From the NCBI GenBank assembly GCA_963821525.1, contig CAWGED010000019.1:128001-192000 (forward strand): a DNA stretch of 64,000 nucleotides, written 5' to 3'. Positions within the stretch are counted from its first letter, which is position 1. Each line of letters begins with the position of its first letter. The position numbers and the translations under genes are program-made. Shown here in pieces: positions 10,578 through 21,116 of this stretch. A model generated the notes under the pieces. That model did not search any database and was not told where the DNA came from. It was given only the letters and a program-made list of their open reading frames with translations. The DNA comes from an uncultured Gemmatimonadales bacterium. GTDB taxonomy: Bacteria; Gemmatimonadota; Gemmatimonadetes; Gemmatimonadales; GWC2-71-9.

Positions 10578-11192
10578 TTACTTCTTCGGCATCTCGAACC
10601 GTTTCCCCACCACCGTCCAGTTCACCACATTCCACCACGCGGTGATGTAGTCGGGGCGGCGGTTCTGGTACTTGAGGTAATAGGCGTGCTCCCACACGTC
10701 GCAGCCCAGGACGACTCTCTTGCCCGCCATCACGGGACTGTCCTGGTTGGGCGTGCTCTCGATCGCGACGGTACCGGCCTTGTCGACCGTGAGCCAGGCC
10801 CAGCCGCTGCCGAACCGGCCGACGCCCGCCTTCTGGAACTGTTCCTTGAAGCTGGCGAGACCACCGAAGCCCTTGTTGATCGCATCGGCCAAGGCACCGG
10901 TCGGCTCTTTGGCTCCGCCCGGAGCCATGATCTCCCAGAAGAACGTGTGATTGTAGTGTCCCCCGCCGTTATTCCGCACCGGGGCGCGGATCGCCTCCGG
11001 TAGTGCGTCGATATTCGCGATCAAATCCTCGATGGACTTGGATTGCAGGTTGGCGTGGGGCTCGAGCGCCGTATTGAGGTTGTTGACGTACGCCGCGTGA
11101 TGCTTGTCGTGGTGAATCCGCATCGTCTGCTCGTCGATGTGCGGCTCCAACGCGGTGTAGTCGTAGGGAAGTGGAGGCAGGGTGAAAGCCAT
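10578..11192 (-). CDS. sodA: Mn/Fe superoxide dismutase
   Basis: [31 protein letters not shown]; start [10 protein letters not shown] after CAGGAG RBS. Confidence 0.95.
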   Translation of the reverse strand: MAFTLPPLPYDYTALEPHIDEQTMRIHHDKHHAAYVNNLNTALEPHANLQSKSIEDLIANIDALPEAIRAPVRNNGGGHYNHTFFWEIMAPGGAKEPTGALADAINKGFGGLASFKEQFQKAGVGRFGSGWAWLTVDKAGTVAIESTPNQDSPVMAGKRVVLGCDVWEHAYYLKYQNRRPDYITAWWNVVNWTVVGKRFEMPKK

Positions 11193-11345
11193 GATGAACT
11201 CCTGAGGCGAGGTCAAACACTGGCGCCCGCGGGCGCGCGGGGAATTATGGACGCCCCCACCCGCTGGGGCAATCCCGGGCCATGAACCCAACTGCTTGGC
11301 CGTGAAAGACCTAGAGCCTCGATTCTCGGGAAGGTCCGCAGCTCT

Positions 11346-11388
11346 CGCACACTACTTCCACAGCTTCGCCACAACTCCCGCTTGCCAC
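11346..11388 (+). promoter_or_regulatory. Putative response-regulator operator (CACA-N7-CACA), copy 1
   Basis: cacagcttcgccacaactccc closely matches 13798-13818. Confidence 0.5.
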
Positions 11389-11416
11389 GGCCCTCCCGAC
11401 AGCCGACACTGGAGGC

Positions 11417-13083
11417 GTGTCTGCATCGTCATCCACTCCCGGTTCCCTAAGCGCTCGTTCCGTCGAGCCTCGGGCCACTCGCTGCTCCTCCTCGGAGCGA
11501 GCCTCGGAGTCGTGGCTCTGACCGCATCGATCGCTGTAGTGGCAGCGTGGAAGTCGCGCGCCAATACCCGGCAACTGCTCAAGGACTACGCCGCGTTTGC
11601 CGCATGGAGCTACTCCGAGCGGTTGGGGAGCGAGTTGGGTGAGACCATGTGGTTTACCCTGAATCCGATCGGCCACCGCCAGCCGCATCAGAGCCATATG
11701 ATGCCTGAGGCCGACAATCTCCCAGGCTACCTCGCCAGCAATCTCGCCGAGTGCCGCTGCAATCCACCGGCGAAGCCCTCTTCCTATTTCCGCTTTCGCC
11801 TCGGTGGCGATTCCATAACCACTGCCGGCCCCCCGATTCCCGCTCCGACTCAAGGGATGATCCCGAAACTGGTCGGCAAGGCCATACGCTCCAGCACGGA
11901 GTCCAACCCGTTCGGCATGGTTCCTCTACTCGGTGCGGGCCAGGTCGCCGCGTACGGGATCATGCCCACGGCGTGGCATGATACGATCGTCTATGGCTTT
12001 ACCTTCGATTCGGCCAGTCTGGTCGCCGCCTTTGACAGTGTGCTCCGCGGTCCGTCCCTCCTCCCGGAAACGGTCACCCGGGGCCAGGCCAATGCCCAAC
12101 TGCTGGCGCTGGAGATTCGCGATCATTCGGGGTCCCTGCTCTATCGCTCAGCCGACTGGCCCGCCAACGAGCGGGAGTGGCCCTATATCGCCGAAGAGCC
12201 TCTCCCCGCGTATCGCGGCGGGTTCGTTACCCGACTGACCCTGATCCCCAGCGCGGCAACGACACTGCTGGCGGGAGGTCTGCCCCGGACTCCGCTCCCG
12301 TTGCTGCTCCTCGTCGCCGTACTCGGTGTGGGCGCGGCAGCGGTCGCATTGGCTCAGCTGCGCCGGGAGGGTGCTCTGGCACGACTGCGCAGCGACTTCG
12401 TCGCCGGCGTCTCCCACGAGCTGCGCACGCCGCTGGCCCAGATTCGGCTCTTTCTCGATACTCTGCGGCTCAAGCGCTACGACACCCCGGCCGAGCAGGC
12501 ATGGCTGCTCGGTCATTTGTCGCGGGAAACCACGCGCCTCGAGCATCTGGTCGAGAACGTGCTCGCGGCTAGCCGCCTGGACCGGGGCGTACCGTCGTCG
12601 GCCCCGCTCGAGCCACTGGATCTGGGAAGAGAAGTGGCCGAGGCGGTCACCGCCTTCGCGCCACTTGCGGCTTCGCGACAGGTCTCCTTCAAATCCGATC
12701 TCCCAACCGGCGTAGGTGTCCTCGCGGATCAGGCCACCCTTCGTCAGTTGCTGCTGAACCTGTTCGATAACGCGGTGAAGTTCGGTCCACCGGGCCAGGT
12801 GGTTCGCGTGGGTGTCACCCGGGTCAACGGCAGTGCGAGGCTCAGCGTGACCGATCAGGGGCCGGGGGTTCCGGAAGAAGAACGGGAGCGGATCTGGGAG
12901 CCGTATTACCGCGGCTCCAGCTCGGCGGCGCGAGCCGTAGGAGGAAGCGGCATCGGACTCGCCATCGTCCGGACCGTGGCCGACCAGTTCGGTGGGGAAG
13001 TCAGCGTGGAGTCGGCGGCCGAAGGCGGGGCGGAATTCACCGTCTTGTTTCCGACTCTCGAGTCCGGCGCGGGCGACTCATGA
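11417..13083 (+). CDS. Membrane sensor histidine kinase (start approximate)
   Basis: GVSHELRTPL, NLFDNAVKF, DQGPG, GSGIGL; GGAGG RBS before GTG at 11417 (out of frame, so a frame break is implied). Confidence 0.88.
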
Positions 13084-13772
13084 AGGGAGCACGGATCCTT
13101 CTCGTAGAGGACAACGCGGACTTGGCCGATGGCCTCCGTTACAACCTCGAGCGCGAAGGCTATGCCGTGCAGGTGGCCGGCGACGGGCCTGCCGGACTCG
13201 ACGCCGCTCGGCACTGGAATCCCGACCTGATCCTTCTGGACCTGATGCTGCCGGGAATAAGTGGATTCCAGGTGCTCGAAGCCCTCCGCTCCAGTGGTCA
13301 TCGGGTGCCGGTGATCATCGTCAGCGCGCGCGGAGAGGAAGCCGACAAGGTGCGCGGCTTCCGGCTCGACGCCGATCAGTACGTAACCAAGCCGGTCGGA
13401 CTCCTGGAACTGCTCGAGCGAGTCCGCGCGATCCTCCGCCGGAGCAGCTTATTCTCCGGAGGAGACAGTGCCGCCCGGATCCGTTTCGGCGAAATCAGCA
13501 TCGACCCGGCTGCCCGCACCGTGACCCAGGGTGAGCGGCAGATCGCGCTCACTCCCAAGGCTTACGAGCTGATGCTTGCCCTGGTGCGCCGTGAAGGCGC
13601 CGTGATGAGCCGAATCGAGCTGTTGCGAGAGGTATGGGGCTCGGCCGGCGACGTGCAGACCCGCACGGTGGACTCCCACATGGCCGAGCTGCGCCGGAAG
13701 CTGGAAGAGAATCCGGCTGATCCCCGCCATTTCCTCACCGTCTGGAAGGTCGGGTACCGGTTCGAGTCCTGA
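13080..13772 (+). CDS. OmpR-family response regulator
   Basis: ILLVED, LDLMLPG, TRTVDSH, LTVWKVGYRF; ATGA overlap with the kinase. Confidence 0.93.
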   Translation: MKGARILLVEDNADLADGLRYNLEREGYAVQVAGDGPAGLDAARHWNPDLILLDLMLPGISGFQVLEALRSSGHRVPVIIVSARGEEADKVRGFRLDADQYVTKPVGLLELLERVRAILRRSSLFSGGDSAARIRFGEISIDPAARTVTQGERQIALTPKAYELMLALVRREGAVMSRIELLREVWGSAGDVQTRTVDSHMAELRRKLEENPADPRHFLTVWKVGYRFES

Positions 13773-13784
13773 CTCGACGGGAAC

Positions 13785-13827
13785 CGCACCAGCTTCGCAC
13801 AGTTCCACCACAACTCCCCGCCGCCAC
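13785..13827 (+). promoter_or_regulatory. Putative response-regulator operator, copy 2, upstream of the rhodanese
   Basis: cacagttccaccacaactccc, followed by a -10-like TATCGT at 13833. Confidence 0.5.
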
Positions 13828-13864
13828 CTCCGTATCGTGAGCCAACCTGATACCGGAGGCCTCG

Positions 13865-15635
13865 ATGTTGAACCGTTCAGTCGCCGCGCTCCTCGCCGGG
13901 GTGCTCCTTACCCCAGTTGTCGCGCTTGCGGCCCCTCGCGACCAGATGCTGGTCTCACCGGCCTGGCTCAAATCCCACCTGGCCGACCGCCAGCTTGTCC
14001 TGCTGCAGATCGGCGAGCGGGGCGAATTCGACAAGGAACACATCCCCGGGGCCCGGTTTCTCGACTTCGAATCTCTCTCAGCCGATCAGGAAGGCGGACT
14101 CTACCTGGAGCTGCCGACGGTGGCCCAACTGGATTCGACCTTCGCCGCGTTGGGCGTGAGTCGCGATTCGCGGATCATCCTGTACTTCGGATCGGACTGG
14201 GTGAGCCCGACTACGAGGGCATGGCTGACCTTCGATTACCTGGGACTGGGAGATCGTACTTCGATTCTGGACGGAGGCTTGCCCGCATGGAAAGCGGCCG
14301 GCAACCCGGTCACCGCCGAGATGCCTCCACCGGCCACGGCGCAGCCGCTCGCCAGCACGGCACATCCCGAGCTGATCGCTGACGCCGAATGGATCCAGGC
14401 TCGGCTCGGCCAGCCGAAGTTTCGGCTGATCGATGCGCGCGATCCGCAGTTCTATGGCGGGCTCTCTGCCGGTTCGGGTACCCGCCCGGGGCACCTGCCC
14501 GGCGCCCGCAGCATTCCATTCACAACGGTTACCAATGAAGACGGCCGGTTCCTGTCCGACTCCGCCTTGCGGCGGGTGTTCAACCAGGCCGGTGTCTCGA
14601 AGGGAGATGAGATCGTGGCTTACTGTCACATCGGCCAGCAGGCCACCGCAGTGGTGTTTGCCGCCCGCCTGCTCGGCTACAAGGCGCGATTGTACGACGG
14701 GTCCTATCAGGACTGGACTCGAAGAGACCTCAAGGTGGAAGGCGGCGTTGCCCCGACCAAGGGTGCCCTGATTTCCACCGAGGAGCTGGCGACGCGGATG
14801 CGCGAAGGACAGCGTCACGCTGATCGATCTGCGGAGCGATCTCAACGCGTATCTCGCGAACCACCTTCCGGGCGCGGTCTATCTCCACTACGAGACGCTG
14901 AGAGCCGCCCAAGCCGGAGTGCCAGGCGACGTACTGCCCGCGGCGAGCTACGCCGAGTTGTGGGGCCGGATCGGAGTGCGTCGCGACCGTCCGGTCGTGA
15001 TCTACGCCAGCGGCGACGCCCAGAATTTCAATGCGACATTCCTCGCCTGGTTGCTCGCCGGCTTCCGCCAGCCGGAGGTGTACGTGCTGGATGGGGGCTA
15101 TGCCAAGTGGGCCGCGGAGAACCGGCCCCTCTCACGACTCTACCCTGAAATTGCCGCGGTGAAGTACGCCACCGATCCGTTCCTGCTCGATCGGATCGAG
15201 GGAGAGCATGTCCAGCACTCGCTGGGCGGCAAGCAGGTCGCGATCGTGGACGTCCGGCCTGCGGATCAATTCGCGGGAACCGCAGGCGCGCAGATTCGGC
15301 GGGGACACATCCCCGGAGCGATCAACCATTTCTGGCACGATGATCTGGTCACCAGCAATGGTGTGACCCTGTGGAAATCGGTCGATGAGTTGCGTGCCGC
15401 CTACGCCGCGCAGGGGATCACACCGGACAAGTGGATCATCGTGTACTGCAATACCGGCACGGAGGCGAGCCATGCCTACTTCGCGCTCCACTTCCTGCTG
15501 GGATACCCCAACGTGCACGTGTACGTCCCATCCTGGACCGAATGGGCCGAGAGAACCGACTGGCCGGTGGACGGACCGGTCACGACCGGAACCGCACCAC
15601 AGGCGCAGGGAGCGCGCAGCTGTTCAGAGAATTGA
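13865..15635 (+). CDS. Exported four-domain rhodanese/sulfurtransferase (frame break near 14810)
   Basis: Signal peptide; two tandem TST-like units with H(I/L)PGA motifs, active loops YCHIGQQA and YCNTGTEAS, and YDGSYQDW / YVPSWTEW ends. Confidence 0.85.
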
Positions 15636-15658
15636 GAAGCGATTGTTGTAGAAACTCG

Positions 15659-15687
15659 AAGGCCCCGTGGTGAACCCACGGGGCCTT
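15659..15687. terminator. Hairpin terminator between the convergent rhodanese and tRNA
   Basis: aaggccccgtgg-tgaac-ccacggggcctt perfect stem. Confidence 0.7.
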
Positions 15688-15718
15688 AGCTTTCGAGGCT
15701 ATGCGATCCTGAGAGGAA

Positions 15719-15791
15719 TGGAGCGGACCGGGATCGAACCGGTGACCCCCTGGTTGCAAACCAGGTGCTCTCCCAGCTGAGCTACCGCCCC
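15719..15791 (-). tRNA. tRNA-Ala (TGC)
   Basis: Reverse complement GGGGCGGTAGCTCAGCTGGGAGAGCACCTGGTTTGCAACCAGGGGGTCACCGGTTCGATCCCGGTCCGCTCCA; cloverleaf, G3:U70 pair, CCA not encoded. Confidence 0.97.
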
Positions 15792-15884
15792 GAAGGTGAA
15801 ACGCGGGAGGAACTTAGCATCCTGTCACTCGGGATGGAACGGCCCAGTGGGGTGGCCGAACCGCGGCCTTTGCTGCAGGATAGA

Positions 15885-16454
15885 ATGACTATGCTTGCCT
15901 CCTGGGAAGCCGCTCAGCACGTTACCGGCGTTCTGGTTGATGTCACGCTGCTGCTCGGCGCCATCGGCGCGATCGTCAAATTCCAGCTCTTCAACATTTT
16001 TGGGCATCGCTGGCATTCGACGCTGGATTGCGCGCACTACGAACTGCCCGACGGCTCGGTAGTTTTTACCGCGGACTACACCGTCACCAATCGCGGCCAG
16101 CGCCCGCTCCGCCTTCGGGCGGTTTCCCTGAGGTTGGTTCAGTGCCGGCGCCAGGGCCACATCCTGCTCCCCGACGAGACCGCGCCGATCGCCGAGCGGA
16201 TAATTCGCCCGTCTGACCCGGGGATGAAGGGGAATCTGCAGATCGAGTCGGGTGAGCGTACTATCTTCACTCTTCGGGCTGCCCTGCCCGAACTTCCGGA
16301 CCAGGTATTTGTCGTCTGTGCGTTGGACGCGGTGACCAAGCGGTCCTACACCAGCTTCCGAGGTTTCTATTCGCGTCTGGCGCCCGCTCGGCGGGTCATC
16401 CGGCATAGTGGCTCTCAGGTGCCGCCACCGTTGGCAGATCCTTCGGAGGGCTAA
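15885..16454 (+). CDS. Hypothetical protein with N-terminal TM segment
   Basis: ORF with ATG at 15885 after an AGGA RBS; no recognised family. Confidence 0.55.
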   Translation: MTMLASWEAAQHVTGVLVDVTLLLGAIGAIVKFQLFNIFGHRWHSTLDCAHYELPDGSVVFTADYTVTNRGQRPLRLRAVSLRLVQCRRQGHILLPDETAPIAERIIRPSDPGMKGNLQIESGERTIFTLRAALPELPDQVFVVCALDAVTKRSYTSFRGFYSRLAPARRVIRHSGSQVPPPLADPSEG

Positions 16455-16466
16455 CCTGAGGACTCG

Positions 16467-16970
16467 ATGACCCGCACTGCCAAGCTTCTTCTTGTTGTCG
16501 CCGGATATGCCATCGCCCTGCTCGTAGCGCTGGGGGTCACTCAAGCCCACCAGGTCGCCACCAGCGGGCCGGCCTGGCAGGGCTACTCGGGCATGCTCGC
16601 CTTCGGCGATTCGGTCCTTTTCCTCGGTGTCTTTGGTTTGACAGCGGTGCCCGCGACGGGCGCCGCGCTCTACTTTCTCCGGCCCGTCCGCCTGTTCTGG
16701 CAGATCGCCTCGATCACCGCGTTGGCCATCGCGGCGACCGGTCTCGCAGCATTCTTCGGATACCTCCTGTTCCGTAGCGCGCAACCGGCAAGCATGTTGG
16801 TGGCCTTGACGCCCATCCGAGTACTGCTCGCCCCACTGTTTGGCACCGCCTTCTTCCTGGGATTGCTCTTTGCGCCGTCGCGCCCCGGTCGCCTCGCATT
16901 CCTTGCTGCTACCGTGATCGAAGCGGTCGTCTTCATCTCGGTTGCCTTCATCTGGTGGCGCTCGTCATAG
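16467..16970 (+). CDS. Hypothetical membrane protein
   Basis: GAGG RBS; about five hydrophobic segments. Confidence 0.7.
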   Translation: MTRTAKLLLVVAGYAIALLVALGVTQAHQVATSGPAWQGYSGMLAFGDSVLFLGVFGLTAVPATGAALYFLRPVRLFWQIASITALAIAATGLAAFFGYLLFRSAQPASMLVALTPIRVLLAPLFGTAFFLGLLFAPSRPGRLAFLAATVIEAVVFISVAFIWWRSS

Positions 16971-17043
16971 AGAATTCCTGGCCGCATCCACGATTGGTGC
17001 GGCACCCGCTGTAGCGGCAAGACACTCCGCCCGGACGCCTGGC

Positions 17044-18620
17044 ATGCAAGAGGACGTCACACTCATCAGACCCGATCCGGATGACCGGACTCCGGGGACC
17101 ACTGCAGGGTTCCCGGTCGACCTGCTCCTCCAGTCTGCCGGGCGTCTTCGAGTTCTGGCCCTCCTCTACGCCTTCGTTTTCTTCATGGCTGGTGTCTTTC
17201 CCGCCCTGTTCATCCCCCGAAGACCGGACTCGATTCTTCAGCACCTTCATCCAGTGGGGCCCCAGCGTCATCGGGATGGTAGTAGCGGTTCTCGTTGCCT
17301 GGGTGATTCGGAGCCCGCGCTTCTCGCTGCCCGCGGCGATGAACCTCGGACTAAGCATTCGAGATCGTCAGCAGCTACGCCATCGCCGCAGCCGAGTTCG
17401 GCGACCCCATGAGCATCGAAACCCACCAGGGTTTCCTCGGACTCTCCTGGGTCGCCGTCTGGGTCGTGTTGTTCACGATCGTCGTGCCGACCTCTCCCCG
17501 CCGCGCGGTGCTGGCAGCCCTCGCGTCGGTCAGCGCTGTGCCGGTCGTTATCGGGGTAGTAGTGGCGTCCGGCGCGGCCTCATCCCCGGTTAGTCCGCTT
17601 CACTTCTTCTTCGGTCTCGTATTCCCGTATCTCCTCGTAGTGGCCATGGCCTACGTCGGGGCTCGAGTGGTCTACCAGCTGGGCACCGAGGTCAAGCGAG
17701 CCCGAGAGCTGGGGAGTTACCGGCTGGAGAAGAAACTCGGCGAGGGAGGAATGGGCGAGGTGTGGCAAGCTCGGCATCGCATGCTGGCCCGGCCTGCGGC
17801 CATCAAGCTGATTCGTCCTTCAACGACCGGGAAAACGGGGCCTGAAGTATCTCAAGAGGCCGTCCGACGATTCGAACGCGAGGCCCAAGTCATCGCGAGG
17901 CTCCGCTCCCCGCACACCGTCGACCTCTTCGATTTCGGGATCGCCGCCGACGGAGCGTTCTATTACGTCATGGAACTGCTCGAAGGCCTCGACGTGGACA
18001 GGCTGCTCAGGCGCTTCGGGCCCACTCCGCCCGGGCGTGCCATTCACCTGCTACGCCAGGTCTGCCACTCGCTGTCGGAGGCCCAGTCATGCGGGCTGGT
18101 GCACCGGGACATCAAGCCGGCGAACATCTTCGTCTGCCAGTATGGAGAGGAGTACGACTTCGTAAAGGTCCTCGATTTTGGAATTGTGGGAGCCGTCCAC
18201 ACCCCTGATGACTCGAACACCGTGCAGACCCGGGAGAATGACCTCAAGGGCACCCCCGCGTTCATGGCCCCCGAGCAGGCAATGGGTCGGCCGGTGGATG
18301 GGCGGGCCGACATCTATGCCACTGGTTGTGTCGCCTACTGGCTCTTGACCGGGCAGTATGTGTTCACCGCCGACAATGCGATGGGACTCCTGCTGCAACA
18401 CGCGCAAACGTCGCCGGTGCCTCCATCGGCCCGGACCGAGCTGTCCATTCCACCCGCCCTCGATGACCTCGTGCTGGCTTGTCTGGCGAAGGATCCCGCA
18501 CATCGCCCCCAGTCAGCGCGAGAGCTGTCTCTCAGGCTGGCAGAGTTGGAGGCACGGCATCCGTGGAGCCAGGAGCTGGCGCGGGAATGGTGGACCCTGC
18601 ACAAACCGACACAGGGGTAG
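17044..18620 (+). CDS. Membrane Hanks-type Ser/Thr protein kinase (N-terminal frame breaks)
   Basis: LGEGGMGEVW, AIK, HRDIKPAN, DFG, GTPAFMAPEQ after multiple TM segments. Confidence 0.9.
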
Positions 18621-18793
18621 CGGGGCTCGAGCTTCGCGACACGCGACGCCAGGGACTGCAGTGCCTAGGATCTGCCATAGATGTTTCGGGCGGCGACACA
18701 CCCCACCCTTGCCCTTTAGGCCAATGCACTCAGCGCCAAGTCATATAGATTGTGGAAGGGCCAGCCCCGCACATCACCAACCACGAGGTCCAG

Positions 18794-19369
18794 ATGCCAA
18801 ACGTTCGTGCGCGCCTGCTGCCGAGTCTCTTGCTGACCGGCGGAGTGCTCGCCTACGCCGCGTGCGCCAGTACGTCCGTTACTTCGGACCGGGACTCGAC
18901 GATCCCCATCCCGAAGGCGGCCAAGGTCACTTTCGTGGGTGGAACCGATGCCACCGGGGTCGATCCCGCGGTCCGGAACGACATCGTCCACCAGCGCATC
19001 CATACCGCGATCATAAAGGAGTTGCAGGCCAAGGGTTTCCAGGTGGTGGACGACGAGGCTAGCGCAGACTTCCTGGTTCGCTATTTCGTTGGCGTGAAAC
19101 AGTCCACTGAATACGTCAGCACCACGACCGGTATGACCGGCGGTTGGGGCTATGGCTACGGCTGGGGTTGGGGCGGCGGATATGCCACGACCACGACCAC
19201 GCCGGTGACCGTCCGGGACGCGAAATTCGTAGTTGACCTGGTGACCGCGAAAGACAACCGCCTCGTGTGGCGCGGGGAGCTGAGTGGCGAGGCTCCAGAC
19301 CATCCGCCCACCCAGGAGGAGGTGGACGGCGGGGTAGGACGGACCATGCAGTCGTTGAAGGCGGACTAG
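18794..19369 (+). CDS. DUF4136-like lipoprotein
   Basis: Lipobox YAAC, Gly/Trp/Tyr-rich loop, VVDLV...LVWRG. Confidence 0.75.
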   Translation: MPNVRARLLPSLLLTGGVLAYAACASTSVTSDRDSTIPIPKAAKVTFVGGTDATGVDPAVRNDIVHQRIHTAIIKELQAKGFQVVDDEASADFLVRYFVGVKQSTEYVSTTTGMTGGWGYGYGWGWGGGYATTTTTPVTVRDAKFVVDLVTAKDNRLVWRGELSGEAPDHPPTQEEVDGGVGRTMQSLKAD

Positions 19370-19393
19370 CTACGGAGGTACAACTGAGGACTT

Positions 19394-19429
19394 GCGGCGG
19401 GCCGGCCTTCGGGCTGGCCCGCCGCTTTT
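19394..19429 (+). terminator. Intrinsic terminator
   Basis: gcggcgggccggcc-ttcg-ggctggcccgccgc then tttt. Confidence 0.8.
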
Positions 19430-20270
19430 CTATTCGAGCCCTGCGTTGCGTTTCAGCCGGCCCGCCACGACGGTGACGTTGTCGCTCCCGCCCCGTTCCA
19501 GCGCCAGGTCCACCAGCTTGCGGCAGATCAGCTCTGCAGGAGTGGATGTCGGTCAGGTGCTGCTGGATTTCTCCTTCCGTCACGTGCTTGGTCAACCCGT
19601 CGGTGCAGAGCAGCATGACGTCGTCCCAGCGCACGTCGGTCACCGTGGTCATGGGAGTGGCCTGACTCCCACCGACCGCGCTCGACAGGATGCTCTTGAA
19701 CGGAGACCGGTCGAGGTTCGCCGAATCGAGCACGCCGGCATCCACCAGCGCCTGCGCCATTGTCTGGTCCTTGGTGATCTGATCGAGCCGGCCCTGACGC
19801 AGGATGTAGAGCCGGCTGTCTCCTACATGGACCACGTAGGCGCGGGGCCAGAGCACCGCGACCAGCGTGAGCGTCGTCGCCATCCCTTCCCGCAACGGGT
19901 CCGCTTCTCCCTCCGCGCGAAGCAGCGAGTGACTGTGCAGCACTGACTCCTGCAGATCCGCCAGGAACTTCGACTCTTCATCCGGATCGTGATGGTAGTA
20001 GAGCCGCATCGTGTGGGTGACGTAGTGCGCGATGGCGGACAACGCGGTGCCACTCGCGTGCTGCCCTCCCGGCATGCCTCCGACCCCGTCTGCGACCAGA
20101 AATACGAAGCCGCGTGACTCGCTCATCAGCTCAGGCAACCGCTCCGGCGGGAGGCTGGTTGACTGGATCTGCATGGTCTTGTGGAGACTCGCGATGAGGA
20201 ACTGGTCCTGGTTCTCCTTCCGGACCTTCCCCTGATCGGTGAGACCGAACACGTCAATGTCCGACGCCAT
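19430..20270 (-). CDS. PP2C-family Ser/Thr phosphatase (frame break near 19535)
   Basis: TDQGKVRKENQD, VADGVGG, HVGDSR, LCTDGL, and GGSDNVT in the shifted frame. Confidence 0.9.
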
Positions 20271-20440
20271 CGGTCTCGACCGGCGTACCAGCGAATTCCG
20301 GATGGTGGTCATCGGCAGCCTCCTGCTGGAGCCGAAGGCGGGTGGCGCACGGCCCCTCCTTACTCTACGTCGCCGCCCGGAATTGGCAACCGCATTCAGC
20401 GACGTGATCCAGCTTACGCGGGCCAGGGAACTTCGGGCTC

Positions 20441-20469
20441 TTGACGGCCCCCGTCGCCCAAGGTACTGT
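20441..20469 (+). promoter_or_regulatory. Sigma70-like promoter TTGACG-N17-TACTGT
   Basis: Consensus-like hexamers with 17-bp spacer. Confidence 0.55.
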
Positions 20470-20475
20470 GCGTGT

Positions 20476-20608
20476 CGCGGGGCAAACGCGGTCCCGCGGA
20501 TTCACATAGGCTCCTTCGGGGGCCGCCGCGGCGGGTGAGGGAGTGCCTCACAAGCGGACGGCGCATTGGCAGACTCGAATAGTCTCCCAAGCGCCGTCTG
20601 CTTTTTTT
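20476..20608 (+). ncRNA. Candidate structured sRNA or leader RNA of unknown family
   Basis: Promoter upstream, several hairpins including a UUCG loop, long terminator stem with T7. Confidence 0.4.
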
Positions 20609-20642
20609 ATCGAGTGAGCGGGAACGCCCCAGGGAGGGGTTC

Positions 20643-20867
20643 ATGCGTATCTCTGCGGTAATAGGCGTGCTGTTGCTTGTCGTCGGCGTCTTTGTGCTGG
20701 TTACAGGGATGCAGTACAAGGACACGAAGAAGATCGTGGACGTCGGAGATGTCGAGGTGAAAGCCACCGACCACCGGCCGGTTCCCAAGTGGGTCGGTAT
20801 CGTAGCCCTGGTGGGAGGGGTCGCCCTTGTGGGCGCCGGGATGGCGGGCCGGAAGGCCGGGGGCTGA
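20643..20867 (+). CDS. Small two-TM membrane protein (DUF3185-like)
   Basis: GGAGG RBS; TM-loop-TM architecture. Confidence 0.7.
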   Translation: MRISAVIGVLLLVVGVFVLVTGMQYKDTKKIVDVGDVEVKATDHRPVPKWVGIVALVGGVALVGAGMAGRKAGG

Positions 20868-20903
20868 AGGTCAGGAGTGGAACCAACCTGAAAGGAGAAG
20901 GCA

Positions 20904-21053
20904 ATGCTGGAGACAATCGCCATCATCTTGCTTGTTCTGTGGGTACTCGGGCTGGTGAGCAGCTACACGGTGGGCGGCTTCATCCACATCCTGCTCGTCG
21001 CCGCGATCATCATTTTCCTGATTCGCATCTTGCAGGGGCGCCGCCCCGTCTAG
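20904..21053 (+). CDS. lmo0937/DUF5670-family small membrane protein (49 aa, absent from the ORF track)
   Basis: MLETIAIILLVLWVLGLVSSYTVGGFIHILLVAAIIIFLIRILQGRRPV; GGxIHILLV motif; AAGGAG RBS. Confidence 0.85.
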   Translation: MLETIAIILLVLWVLGLVSSYTVGGFIHILLVAAIIIFLIRILQGRRPV

Positions 21054-21116
21054 GTTTGCCTTCCCAGTCTGGGCAGGCGTGGTTTCGCCTGCCCGGACTG
21101 CGGAGGGCCGCCCGTT

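Noticed and set aside
15719..15791. tRNA-Ala as a genomic island integration site
   Set aside because: No integrase and no duplicated tRNA 3' end noticed in the window
15765..15884. 5' extension of ORF 15765-16454
   Set aside because: Overlaps the tRNA on the opposite strand; ATG at 15885 has an RBS
20478..20490. GGCAAAC as a c-di-GMP-I riboswitch
   Set aside because: No GNRA-capped P2 or GCAAA-type downstream motif follows
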